From assembly GCF_006345805.1 (NCBI RefSeq), contig NC_043000.1, forward strand, positions 67,084,001 to 67,148,000: a stretch of 64,000 bases of DNA, given 5' to 3'. Made by a program: the position numbers and the translations under genes. Below are positions 38,505 through 51,155 of the stretch, piece by piece. The first letter of the stretch is position 1; each line of letters opens with the position of its first letter. The notes under the pieces were generated by a model that saw only the letters and a program-made list of their open reading frames with translations, made no database searches and was not told the DNA's origin. The stretch comes from Octopus sinensis. Lineage: Eukaryota.

Positions 38505-39668
38505 TATTAGTATTGCTTAATATGTTTTGCTAAAATTGCTGGGGTTTTTTCAGATATCATCAGAAGGTAATTAAAATTCATTAAAATGACAGATCTATCG
38601 GACTTTGAAAGAGGTCAAATTGTTGGTGCTCGTATGGCAGGCGCTAGCATAACGAAAACAGTCGAAATGTTTGGTGTATAAAGAAGTATTGTCTCGAAAG
38701 TAATGACAGCCCTTGAGAAAGAGGTAAAAACTTCCTCGTCGAAACAAAACTCTGGAAGAAAACCAAAACTTTCAGAGAGGGACTGTCGGACTCTTATGTG
38801 AATTGTTAGAAAAGATCACAAAAATGCAGCTCCCAAAATTATTGCAGAGCTTAATGACCACCTCGAGAACACAGTTTTCACAAGAACTGTTCGCCGGGAG
38901 CTGCACAAAGCCCGATTTCACGGGAGGGCTGCAATCAGAAAACCACTGCGTTCAAAAACAAACATTGCAAAGCGTTTATAGTGGAGCAAAAACCTATAGA
39001 ATTGGTCTCTAGAGCAGTGGAAGAATGCTATTTTCTCGGATGAGTCATCCTTTAAGTTATTTCCGACCACCGGTAGAGTATACGTGTGGAGACAGCCAAA
39101 AGAAGCATTTGACCCAGACTGCCTTCTTCCAGCTGTTAAACATGGAGGGGGATCTGTGATGGTCTGGACAAGGGGCTATATCTTGGAAATCCGCCGGCCT
39201 ATGGTTTCCCTTCATGGCAGAATTAGTAGCCAAGACTATCTAAGCATTTTATCTGTCCAAATTCATCCTATGGTTGTGGAACTCTTTCCTGAGGGAAACG
39301 CAATCACGATGATAATGCACCAATTCACACAGCTAAAGTTGTTACTGAATGGCAAGAGGAACATTCTAATGCAGTTGAACATATTATCTGGCCACCACAG
39401 TCCCCAGATTTCAATATTATTGAACATTTATGGTTTATTTTAGAAAAACAAGTAAGGATTCGATATCCTCCATCATCATCACTACAAGAACTGGAGACTA
39501 TTTTAACTGAAGAATGGACAAAAATTCCGTTAGAAACAATTCAAACTTTGTACGAGTCCATACCTCGTAGAATTCCAGCTGTAATTACTGCCAAAGGCGG
39601 TCCTACACCATATTAAATTTAATTTGTTTGAAATTTTATAGTGTTTCCATTATTTTGTCCAGCCCCTG
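38505..39668 (+). mobile_element. Tc1-like transposon, left TIR missing
   Basis: MTDLSDFERGQIVGARMAGAS, FSDESSF, VKHGGGSVMVW, DNAPIH, WPPQSPD; right TIR GTGTTTCCATTATTTTGTCCAGCCCCTG. Confidence 0.92.
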
Positions 39669-40144
39669 TGTATATATATGTATGTATGTACGTGTGTATG
39701 TATGTATGTATGTATATGCATGTATGTCCATACACATGTACACACACACAGCAGTAATACACATAGAAATGAAGGCGACAAACATCGCTAAACGACCGAA
39801 AAAGTCTGGAACTTGGCTGTAATATCCTCCAAAGACTTCACTTCAGATAACCTAATATAATGTGGTGGTACACACAGTAACTCAAACTTACAATAAAATT
39901 AGAAAATTAACTAATGTTAGATTAATCAACTTCCACCATACGTATATAAGCCTACTCGCTGTTAAATCAGTTGAAAAACGTGTGTGAAATAAGACAGATG
40001 TGGCTACGAGGGACTTTGTTGTAGCTCTCCTCGTACATCGATTACTTTCCGCAGAATGCAGAATACATTTTATTGCTTTGCTGCTGTTCTTTCCGCCGTG
40101 TTCCTTCTTAGCACACGATTTCTGTAATTTCTGAAATCAGCACT

Positions 40145-40345
40145 AAGCCGGTGAGCTGAATTTGAAATCAATATTGACTGATATATAAACAATCTCACTG
40201 ATAATACACGCGCTGTTTCAGCCACATTGAAACACATGATATCCAGCTGTCGAAAAAATTCATATTTCAGTTGTTAGGCTAGTATGAAGACTTTCTAAGT
40301 TGTTTAGTGAGGGTCAACCTTGATCGGATAGAACCATAATTACAG
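40145..40345 (+). repeat. About 200-bp direct repeat, copy 1 (copy 2 at about 41038-41240)
   Basis: Manual alignment shows only a handful of substitutions. Confidence 0.92.
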
Positions 40346-40785
40346 GAATCTAGTTGTAAGAAAACTTTTTCTGGTGTTACTGACTCGACGGTTGGGACTT
40401 CAAGCTCTTTCTAGGTGTGTAGCTGTGCTAATCCTGCACATTTTAAACAGATAAACCCTTACAACGAAGCTATTTTATTTCTCCAAATCATCAGCGTTGA
40501 TATTTACTTTCATTAGCCAACTCAAGGATGTCATCGGTGGTTACTGTCATTATTTCTTCTTAAAATTCCTGGAAGTTATCGAATATTTCTGGCGATGGCT
40601 TCTTTCAAACTCTTTTCGTGCGGTTTTTGGTTAGTTCGTCCTAAACTTCTTGGAAATTATCTCCGACTCTCATGATATGGAAGATAGTTTATCAGCTATT
40701 TCTTCAACAAGTTTCCTGAAACTGCATTGTTCTAATCGTAAAAGAGCTAATCACATTCAATAAGTTTGGAATTATTAGTCTTTTA

Positions 40786-40985
40786 CCGGCAAGCTGGCAG
40801 AATCTTTAGCACGCAGGGGGAAAGGTTTAGCAGCATTTCGTCAGTCTTCACGTACCAACTTCAAATTCTGCCGAGGTCGACTTTGCCTTTCATCCTTTCG
40901 GAGTCCATAAAATAAGTACCAATGCAATTGACTTATCCCTTCCCCCGAAATTGCTGGCCTTGTGCCAACATTTGAAATCAATATT
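40786..40985 (+). mobile_element. SINE family B
   Basis: Nin-like core GAGGTCGACTTTGCCTTTCATCCTTTCGG. Confidence 0.85.
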
Positions 40986-41037
40986 AAGCCGGTGAGCTAA
41001 AACATGAAATCAATATTGCTGGCTTTGAGCCAAAATT

Positions 41038-41240
41038 TAAGCCGGTGAGTTGAATTTGAAATCAATATTGACTGATATATAAACAATCTCACTGATAATA
41101 CACGTGCTGTTTCAGCCACATTGAAACACATGATATCCAACTGTCGAAAAAATTGATATTTCAGTTGTTAGGCGAGTATGAAGACTTTCTAAGTTGTTTA
41201 GTGAGGGTCAACCGTGATCGGATAGAACCATGATTACAGG
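41038..41240 (+). repeat. About 200-bp direct repeat, copy 2
   Basis: Matches 40145-40345. Confidence 0.92.
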
Positions 41241-41574
41241 TATTCTCTCCATTAGCATCCCATTTTTTAGGCGTATATAGGACTATACTATCTAATGTAT
41301 TGTGTCTTCATATAAGCCAGTAGTATGATGTGAGAAAGTTTGGGCATCTTTTTCTAGCTGGTCGAACAACGATGCAGAGGCTCCTTTGTTAATTGTTAGA
41401 AACAGGAAAAAAATTTGTTTATTATTTTACTGCTTCCATTCATTGGACTGTGGGCAGCCTTCAAAAGTTTTATCCGACCATATTGACTCAGGCAGTTATA
41501 CTTATGTGTTACTTATTGTATCCCTCCTATTTATTGAACCGTTAAATTACGGGACTTAAGTGTAAACATGGATA

Positions 41575-41665
41575 CGCATGTATGTATGTATGTATGTATG
41601 TATGTATGTATGTATGTATGTATGTATGTATGTATGTATGTATGTATGTATGAATGTATGTATGT
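41575..41665. repeat. (TATG)n tract abutting the R4-like 3' end
   Basis: Directly visible. Confidence 0.95.
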
Positions 41666-43705
41666 CTCTTCTATTTTTAATTATTAGAAATCTTCCACTG
41701 AGGATGGAGCCGGTTTCCAACAAAGATACAAGGCTCCATCTTTGGGATGTAGTTATCACAGACAAATTCACATTTGGAACTTGAGAAAAGTCTTGCATAA
41801 GAAGAAATGAAGGTGGTAGAGGTCTAAGATCAGTGCAGATGACCTTCCAATGCCGTATGATATCACTCATGCAGCACCCGCTAATGAACAGCAGCAAAAA
41901 AATATATATCAATGCAGTGCTGAAAAGTGAAGTGAGCAACATTGTACGAGTTGGCAGTGAACTCCTCAAGAAACACTTTCTTCCTGATGATCTCCTATAG
42001 AGCTCCAAAAACAGCTGGGCTCTCTTACCTCAGAGAAAACACTCAGCATACAAAAAAAAAGACCATGCATGGGTATGTTGCCCGGAAGCTTGAAGAAGAC
42101 ACTAGAATTGACACGAAGCACAGCCTCTCTTGGACACAAGACCACTCTATCACATCATATTTTGAAGGCTATGCGTTTGCAATCCAGGAACAGGAGGTTA
42201 CCACAAAGTACCTGGTGAACAAGAGAGACAATGACGCTCTTGTAATCCCAAGGTGTAACTGCATGTGTAGGCTATGTCACGTTTCTGTGAAAGACATTAA
42301 GCTTGTGATCAGCAGCCGTCCTAAAATGTTGTCACGATACTACCTCCCTATGCGGGACGATGTTGTTGATAAAACAATTTACAATGCCATCCGCAAAAAA
42401 GACTATCCTGAAATAAACTTAGACAATCTTTATATTATGGAATACATTCATAAACACCAACTCAAGGAATACTGGTGGAATATTCCCATCAAACCTCTGT
42501 CAAATATAGGCCAGATATTGTTGTTTTGGACAGAGAGGCAAAGGTATGTGCCATCATAGAGGCCAGCTGCCCTGCAGATATAAATATCTCTTTGAAAAAC
42601 AAAGAAACAGAGGATATCTATGAACAACTGCTTCGAAACCTCCAGCTTCTATATCCAGACTATGAATTCGTATTCATACCAATAATAATTGGAGCACTAG
42701 GTTTTGTTAGTAAATGCTTAAAGGGGAATCTGGATAAACTGGAATTTTCAGAAAGAGAAATTGACCGGCTGGTTCGTACATTACAAGTGCAATCTGTGAG
42801 TAGAACAGTAAAAATATGCAAGACTTTTCTCAAGTTCCAAATGTGAATGTGTCTGTGTTAACTACATCCCAAAGATGGAGCCTTGTATCTTTGTTGGAAG
42901 ATTTTGTTGGTTTTGATATCAATGGAGTGGATTTCCACCGCAGTCCAATCAAATATCCCAAATGTTGGAATCAGCGTTGGTGCTGCAAATACATTGTGGG
43001 ATATTGTTTTGTTGTAAGAGGAGAATTCCGACTGCCATATTTTCCCAAGTCTGGTGTAATATTCTCGGGTCACTCTATCTTTATTCATAGTGCCTTCATA
43101 TGATACATTTTCGTCTATACCTAGGTACTTGTAACATTCTTTGTGTGGAATAGGGGAGATAGTGAGACTGCTGATGTTTTGGGTTTGGGGGACTGACTTT
43201 CCTCGTTCTATAACCAAACACGAAAATTTCTTTTGGCTTTGTTAACACTTTTAGATAAATCTTCAGGTCGTCTACAAAGAAATTATGAGTTACATTAATA
43301 TTTCTAGCAGTTGAAGATCCTAGCATGTAACCATTTGTATTCTGCAGTAGGAACGATAATGGATTCAGTGCCAAAAGGAAAAGAAATACAGAAAGACTAT
43401 CTCCCTGGAATATTCCCTTTAAAGTGCCTATTCTATTAGAAACAATTATTCTATTCTCGGTTGTAAGGGTAAGAATTGTTGTCCATGTCTTTGTGAGTCT
43501 CTATATAACAAGAATTAAGGTAGTGGGTACTTTTACCAGGTGTAGGTACTTCAGCAGCCATAAATGAAGGATAGAGTCGAATGCCTTCTTACAGTCAAAT
43601 CATACTGTCACAAGGTTTCTACGTTGTTTTCTTACTTCAAACAGTACAGCTTTGTTTAAAAGTTCTTCGGCACATCCCCATATTCTCCCATCTTTCTACG
43701 AACCT
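41666..43705 (-). mobile_element. R4/Dong-like RLE-type LINE, 5'-truncated, with internal inversion (41794-42900 in + orientation)
   Basis: Minus: FDCKKAFDSI, GIFQGDSLS, FVDDLKIY, YKYLG. Plus: RRNEGGRGL, FEGYAFAIQEQEV, CRLC, RPDIVVLD, IIEASCP, PIIIGALG. Confidence 0.9.
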
Positions 43706-43714
43706 GTTCATCAG

Positions 43715-44715
43715 TCACAATGTTGTTCGACTCAAAATGCATGATGTAATTGGTTGATATTTCCTGTGCCTGAATTGCAAACGCACACCCTTCAAAGTGG
43801 GAGGTAGTACTCCGGTTATTGGACCATGATAAAATGCTCTGATGATCGATGTTACTTTTATCTCAGAGCTTTCTACTAACATATCCATGCATAGTCTTCC
43901 ACTCATATAAGCTAATCCTCTAATCTGATGATATGTTGTTGTAGAATCGTGCGACTTCTTTGGGCATGTTTTTTAGGTTATCAGACAAATATTGTTGCTC
44001 AAGGAGCTGCCTTCAATGTCTTATAGTGTTATCAGCCTCATGTATGTAAACTTGGTCAAATGATGCACTTCGACAGTTGGTGGTTAAAAGGTGTTGCCGA
44101 AGGGATATGATGCGACATTCAAAGGAATTTTAGATCGATGTTAAGCCTCTACCACCTTGTTCACGTTTTATGTAGAGGCGGTCTACGTCACAGTTTATGT
44201 GGAAATTATGTGTGCTTGTTTGTATGGTTGTTGGTATGAGTACTGGCACTGCAAACACATTGTGGACCAAATTTTCTTCATTCGGCTGTAAAATTCTTTA
44301 GTGGCACGTGTTTTATTACAGGTGCCATTGTAAGATATGTTTTCATCCACCGCTAGATACCTGTAACATTCCTCGTCAGATATCATAGAAACAGTCAAAT
44401 CATTGATGGAGAGGTTACTAATCTGGTTTATAGTTTCCACCCTTTTCAGAACCATATAACAATATTTATCCTGACCAAACTCCAACCCTACATCCTTTGA
44501 GAATGTTGTAACTAGGTCAAGGTCATTTTTCATCTCATGCATATTCTTTGCATAAAGTTTCAAGTCATCCGCAAAGAAACTACTTTTGGTATTTCTGTTT
44601 CCTTGTGAACCAGTGAGATATCCTTTAGACTTCCTTAACATGAATGACAAGGGGTTTACAGAAAGTATGAACATCATAGAGAGGCTGTCCTCTTGGAATA
44701 TGCTTTTGCGATACT
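43715..44715 (-). mobile_element. Second, diverged R4/Dong-like LINE fragment
   Basis: DSLSMMFILSVNPLS, FFADDLKLYA, CYRYL, DVDRLYIKREQGGRGL, SHFEGCAFAIQAQEI. Confidence 0.88.
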
Positions 44716-45908
44716 GTATTCAGTCAGTTGAAAGACTCCTACCATACATGTATATATGTGTGTAGTCTCAACTCATGGCTCGCCACTTCATCCTATGTGG
44801 ATATCCCCTCACCACTATACATACTGCACTTGCCCCGCCGTCAACCATCTCCCGTTTCCCCTCACCTACCACCCCACCACCCTACCTCTCCAACGCACCA
44901 TTCTCTGATCCTTCCGACGACTCCAGTCCGAATCCTCCACTTCGCACATCTTCCCTAATCAGCCCATCCTCTCCTTCAAACGAGCCCACAACCTACGAGA
45001 CTCTTAGTCCACAGCTTCTTTCCTAATCTAACCTCCCGACCCGGCTCGTTCCCTTGCTCCCGCCCACGCTGCTGCTCTTGCCCTTACCTCTGCAACACCA
45101 CCCTCCTCACAGGCACCCATCATCGACCCTATCATCACTGACTCCTTCACCTGCACTTCAAGCAACGTCATCTACTGCATCTCCTTCTCTATACATCGGT
45201 TAAACAGGACGCCGCTTGGCTGACCGGTTCGTGGAACACCTCCGAGACATCATACTTGGCAACGACACTCCGGTCTCGCGCCATTTCCGCTCTACCGGTC
45301 ACTCTTTACAACACCCGTCTGTGTTCGGACTGTCCTTCACAAGGGCTATCCGGACTCCCGTCTTCGCCGTGAGCGGGGATTAATTTTCTCTCTTCGCTCC
45401 TTTGCGCCACATGGGCTCATCTCTCCTCCTCTCTTCTCTTTTCCTCTCACACTTACTTCCTCCCATCCACCCACCACTCCTCTCTTGCTCTGGCACCTAC
45501 TTCCTCTCTTCACGCCTACCCACCTTCTCCCTTCATCGTTACCCCTCCCTTGTTACCCCACCCCTACACATTCCAACCGCACATCCCTATATATTCCATC
45601 CCACTCCACCCTATCCCTTAGACCCACCCTTGCTTCCCCATACTCCCCTCCCCAACACCCAATACCATCACCCCACACCACACCACACCATACCACACCA
45701 CATCACACCACCCCGCACACACTAGCGCTGACCACTTATCAGCACCTACACCATCATCCACACACCTACACATGCGCACACGCACTCGTTAAGGTCACCA
45801 GCCCCTTCCACACGTACATACACGTTCTCACATACACGCACACGCACCTTCGTTTTCGTATCACCGCTATTTTATTATCTCCACTTCTTCCTAGCTCTCC
45901 TGTGTGAC

Positions 45909-46070
45909 CCAGTATAGATCGTTAGCCACTAAACCTTTTTCTATTTTCTCTCCCTGTATATTTGTGTGTTCCTATCTGTCGAAGAGTATTCGCCAGTATA
46001 GATCGTTAGCCACTAAACCTTTTTCTATTTTCTCTCCCTGTATATTTGTGTGTTCCTGTCTGTCGAAGAG
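45909..46070 (+). repeat. 78-bp tandem duplication in the Penelope terminal repeat
   Basis: 45909-45986 and 45993-46070, one mismatch seen, 6-nt spacer TATTCG. Confidence 0.92.
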
Positions 46071-46092
46071 CGTAGGCTCGAAACGTAAAAGA
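46055..46092 (+). ncRNA. Minimal type I hammerhead-like motif with variant core (CUGUCGA)
   Basis: CTGTCGA-A-GAGC-GTAG-GCTC-GAAA-CGT-A; palindromic ACGU in place of helix III. Confidence 0.55.
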
Positions 46093-46177
46093 TTTTTTCG
46101 CTTCCCGAGCGTTAAGCTAATACATCTGTTTGTTGTTTACACACCCGTCTTCGTCTTTTGCTTTTGGTAAATTCTCA

Positions 46178-46263
<86 letters not shown>

Positions 46264-46316
46264 ATTATCTATCTATCTATCTATCTATTCTTATATATAT
46301 ATATATATATATATAT

Positions 46317-46500
46317 ATTCTTTTATTTCTTTCAGTCATTTGACTGCGACCATGCTGGAGTACCGCCTTTAGTCGAACAAATCGACCCCGGGACTTATTT
46401 TTTGTTAGCCTAGTACTTATTCTATCGGTCTCTTTTGCCGAACCACTAATTACGGGGACGTAAACACACCAACATCAGTTGTCAAGCACAGACACACAAA
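46317..46500 (-). mobile_element. SINE family A, tail half
   Basis: Tail motifs on the minus strand. Confidence 0.88.
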
Positions 46501-46558
46501 CATATACATAACCTACTACTTAATAAATACTACCCCCACCATCTTATTCCTTCCCATA

Positions 46559-46693
46559 CATACAACTCAAATTTTTCCAAATCTCAAATCAATCTCTTCG
46601 CACCTTCCTCTTAGCCTCCCCACCAACACATAACTCAAATTTCTTCCAAATCTTCAAATCAACCACTTTCACTTTCCCCTTGGCCTCCCCACC
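46559..46693 (+). repeat. Two diverged tandem units, about 70-bp period, C/T-rich
   Basis: AACTCAAATTT..CCAAATCT..AAATCAA...GCCTCCCCACC occurs twice. Confidence 0.75.
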
Positions 46694-47139
46694 CTCCCCA
46701 ACCTCAAACAGTACTTTACAAATCTCACTCCTTTGAAAACTACCATCCCAATTCCTTTGTCTCACTAACAACTACTTTTGACTACCTCATCACCCCATTT
46801 AGCTACTGAACCAGTCAACTCTTTTCCCCAGTTGACAACAACCCCTTTTCACTATCTCAACCTTTAACTTTATAGCCGTCATACAAATTATCACAAACGT
46901 CATCACTCACATACTAATTAAACCACCCTTCCCCCTCCTCCCACCTTCCACCTTTACTACTATCACTAGTCTCATTATTAGCCCTAACCCTAAAATCTGT
47001 TTTCTCTTTTCACCACTCTCAATGTAAACACCCCTAACTCCACACACACACACACACACACACACATTACGTGACTGAGTTGACTAAGAGACCATGAGTT
47101 AGGGAGAAAATGCACCCGTATATCTGTTAGTAGAGTGGG

Positions 47140-47330
47140 TATATTAACCGAAATGTATAGTATTTAAAATCCATCACGGCTGGTTTTTACCAATCGGTTT
47201 CGCGTAAAGAATACAATGGAGTGTTAGGTAACAAACCGATTGTATAACTTTACGCTGTATTCTTTGCGCGAAACCGATTGGTAAGACCAGCCGTGATGGA
47301 TATTTAATACTGTACATTTTGGATAATATA
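47140..47330. mobile_element. Fold-back MITE / long palindrome
   Basis: About 76-bp arms (47140-47215, 47256-47330), 40-bp loop, TA-rich ends. Confidence 0.88.

Positions 47331-47334
<4 letters not shown>

Positions 47335-47412
<78 letters not shown>
47335..47412. repeat. (TG)n microsatellite
   Basis: Directly visible. Confidence 0.98.
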
Positions 47413-48054
47413 AGATCGCTTTTTAGCGCTACTGGATATTTTATACTATACATTTTGAATGTATGTATGTATGTATATATGTATATGTATATTTGTCAGT
47501 TCGCTTTTGCGCGCTACTGGGAATATCTACAACCTATTACATAAGCGGGTCTTCGGCGACTAAATTGACAACAACCCCCACCGAGCTTGCTTGGCGAGGA
47601 GGGTGGCTGTGGACACGCTGTGGGACAAAATACAAAACCTGTTAAAGGATACAGGAACTCATGAGCAGTCAATGGCTATACAACAATGTGTGTGTGTGTG
47701 CGTGCGTGTACTGTTTATATATACATTTTTAAATATGTGTGTGTGAACTTACGTACATATATACATACTAACATAGATAAACGATAGCCTTCTGTCCAGT
47801 TTAACTCCTAAGGCATTAGCCGTTCGGAGGCTACAGTTAAAGTCACCTATCCAAGATAACAACCAGCTTGATTGAAATCAATTACGGAGTGCGCTTCTTA
47901 ACCACACAGTCGTGTTATATATACAAGGAATTCATTCCTATGTATTATGCCGTCATGTGTAATTCTTGCCGTGCGCAACAAATTGTCAAATGTATCATAA
48001 GACGGCTATCTGTTGCTTAGCATCATTACCAAAAACATTAATCTAATAAATAAA

Positions 48055-48563
48055 CAACATCTCTCGCCATATCGCGGTTCACCTACCGCGCACTCAGTAC
48101 ATCGCGGATTTTTCTGACTAATATATGTAAATTTATATCGCGGGTTTCTGCTGCCGATAGGTATTTATATTTTTTTTTAGATTTTAATTATTTCTGTGGT
48201 AAAATTAGCATTTTCACGCCTGAAAATTAATAAATTAATGAATAAAAATAGAGTGCAGTACTGCACCGTATAACATAAATTAAAATATATTAAAAGAAAA
48301 TATGAAGTATATCGTAAATGAGTAAACAAAGAATCGCACATACTGTATGAAAAACTCAACTCGGGATGTGAGTGAGTGGTATTGGTCTGCATTTATAATA
48401 AAAGAAATATATACAAATTATAAAAAGGATAAAAAATATATACAGTACAATACTATTTCTATTTCGCGGATTTTCACCTACTGCAGGAGGTTTTGGAACA
48501 CGCGTTACAGTCGAGGATTATAGTTACAGTGACAGTGGAGACGCGATAGTCGAGGGATTACTG
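48055..48563. mobile_element. Tigger-type MITE, same family as 61011-61557
   Basis: Collinear with 61011-61557; right TIR CGATAGTCGAGGGATTACTG+TA; left TIR eroded; partial repeat of the right end at about 48500-48520. Confidence 0.88.
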
Positions 48564-48800
48564 TAATAAAAATGTCTGAATATCATTCCAGTGACACTTG
48601 TCATGCAACAAAACTCATTCATAGTATGCACTTTAAATTGTTTTGTGATGAAAGTGGTACGAAACTATATGAACCTATTTTTATCTTATACTGTTTCATT
48701 TTCCTTTAGTAGCTAGTCCAACTTCTGCTTGTTTCTTATCTCATCTTTTGAAACAGTCGAGAATTCAACTTCAGAGAACTGCAGATTTGCTTGTTAAATA

Positions 48801-50105
48801 TTAGGTTGTTTCACATGAAATGTCGCATTTTTAATCACTTGTTTTTTCAGTCACATGTAAATATGCATACATATATGTGTTAGGTTGTCACACATGAAAT
48901 GTTGCATTTTAATTACTTATTCCAATCATTTAAAAACTCAATTATCTATACCATTGCATTTAATCTTGACTTTTTTCATTCCAAACAATATACAATTTTG
49001 GTATACAAAATTCGTACTCAAAGACATTTTGAAAATGATAACAACCAAATAATGTTGAGTGCTTTTCTTGTATGAGTACAAATTGGGTCACTCTGCCGCA
49101 GAAGCTCTACGGAATATCAAGCGGGACTTTGGTAATGGTTTTGTTGACGTCAGAACTGTTCAGATATGGTTCTAAAGATCTCGTTCAGATGAGGATAGCC
49201 TCGAAAATGAACCAAAGGGGAGGCCAAAATCAGTTACTCGGCACGATGGATTACATGCTTTGGTTGAACAAAATCCGAGAACAACGGTCCGAAAACTTTC
49301 ATCAGAACTCTAAACATCTCGCACAACTGTTTCTCGACACTTGAAAAAAAATTTAAAAATTCAAGAAAATGGATAGATTTGTTCCACATCAACTGAACGA
49401 GATTAACAAAAGAAAAGGTGCCTCGAAGTGTACTTCTTATTGCTTTCCTGACTGGAAAAAGAACCATTTTTGCATCGAATCGCTACACAAAATGAGAAAT
49501 GGACACTCTTTGAGAACAGCAGAAGATCAGGACAGTGAGTAGAGATCCACTTAAACACTACCCAAAACCACCAGTGCACCCTAAAAAGTTAGTGATCGCT
49601 GTATGGTGGTCTGCGAAGGTAGTTATTCATTATTCATTTTTGCAACAAGGAAAAAACTGTGACAGCAACATCGTATTTCCAGGTAAGGATTTTATGCATG
49701 AGAATTTGAAAAAGAAGCAACCCAGACTAGTAAATAGTGATGACCCAATTTTGCTCCACGACAATACACGTCCTCACACTCCTCAAGCTACGGTCCAAAA
49801 GTTGCAAAGCCTGAATTATGAGATTTTACAACATCCTCTCTACTTCCGTAATATCTCTCCTTAATGGTCATCACTTATTTAAGCATTTTGAGCTTTTCAT
49901 AAGTAATAAAACATTCTTAAATAGAGCAGAGGTAATTGAAGCATTTGGACAGTTTATCACAGCAAAAGATGAATTTTTTTTAAGGATGGAATATATGACT
50001 TTGAGAATCGTTGGATAAAGGTCATAAATGAACATGAATCATACTTTAATTAAATAAATCAGTTCTCTATCTTTCAAATTCGACATTTCATGTGAAACAA
50101 CCTAA
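48801..50105 (+). mobile_element. Full-length (1305 bp) mariner, transposase decayed
   Basis: Perfect 25-bp TIRs TTAGGTTGTTTCACATGAAATGTCG; TA on both sides; FLYEYKLGHSAAEA, NEKW, AVWWS, LLHDNTRPH. Confidence 0.95.
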
Positions 50106-50267
50106 TATCTTTCCGCCGGCCACGCATTTTCGACAGACACTGTACATAACCAACAACAACAGTCTTTGTTATCAAAATCAAAGGTACTCTACATTGCAAT
50201 ACATGATACCAACGTATGGTTTTTTTGTTCAATGGTCATGTGAACTCGTCTAAGCAAGGGATAGTAA

Positions 50268-50468
50268 TGTTGGTTTCAAATTTTGGCAGGGGGTAACTTG
50301 ATTACATCAACCTCAATATTCACCTGGTACTTATTTTATCGATCCCGAAAGGATGAAAGGTAAAGTCGACCCCAGCAGAATTTGAACTCAGAACGTAAAG
50401 ACGGACGAAATGCCGCTAAGCGTTTTAGCCCAGCGTGCTTACGATTCTGTAAAAGCTCGCCGCCTTAA
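50268..50468 (-). mobile_element. SINE family B
   Basis: Nin-like core on the minus strand. Confidence 0.88.
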
Positions 50469-50504
50469 AAGAATTGTAATATTATTCGTCCTTTTAGTTT
50501 CATC

Positions 50505-50915
50505 ATTTATTTTACCTTTTATATTTTACTAGCTCCAGTCATTGGACCGCGGCCACGCTGGAGTATTGGCTTGACGGGTCTCAGCGGAACAAATTGATAC
50601 AGTACTTATTTTTAAGTGTGATACTTATTCTACCGCTCTTTTTTGTCGAGCCGCTAACTTACGGGGATGAAACAAACGAACACAGGCTGTCAAGCATTGG
50701 TTGGGGTGTGATAAAAACAGACACAAAGGCACACACACATGAACGAAAGGGTCCTCCACAGTTTCCGTCAACCAAATTTCTTCACAAACTACTAGTTGGC
50801 CCAGGACTACATTTGAGGATACACTCAAAGTGCTGGGTAATGGAAACTGAACCCCAAACCGCGTGGTTGCAAAGCGATCAGCTTCTTAACTACACAACTA
50901 TGCCTGAGCTTACAT
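50505..50915 (-). mobile_element. SINE family A, diverged
   Basis: Head and tail motifs on the minus strand. Confidence 0.8.
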
Positions 50916-51155
50916 GATTACATCTGGTACCTCTTTAAACATAGGAAATACAAACGTTCAGCTGGAACTCAGTGCAAAAGAAAATAAGTTTGTAACAAAC
51001 ATTTAACAATATACAATTGCCTTTGAAATTAAAAATACTTTCGTATGCTTTTTACTATGTTATAAATATAAAACAATGCACATGTAACTGAAACCAGAAT
51101 AATTGTGGATTTATTTATAAAATAAAAGCCAGATGTAAATTAAAAAAAAATATTA

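Larger units (their letters stand above)
44770..46180 (+). mobile_element. Penelope-like element 3' part (GIY-YIG, C-rich UTR, terminal repeat)
   Basis: HF..RGYP..TI, FTCTSSNVIYCI, YIG*TGRRLADRFVEHLRDI, VSRHF. Confidence 0.9.

Noticed and set aside
40145-41240. Direct repeats as LTRs of an LTR retrotransposon
   Set aside because: No TG...CA termini, primer-binding site or polypurine tract; the interior is SINE and decayed DNA-transposon-like sequence
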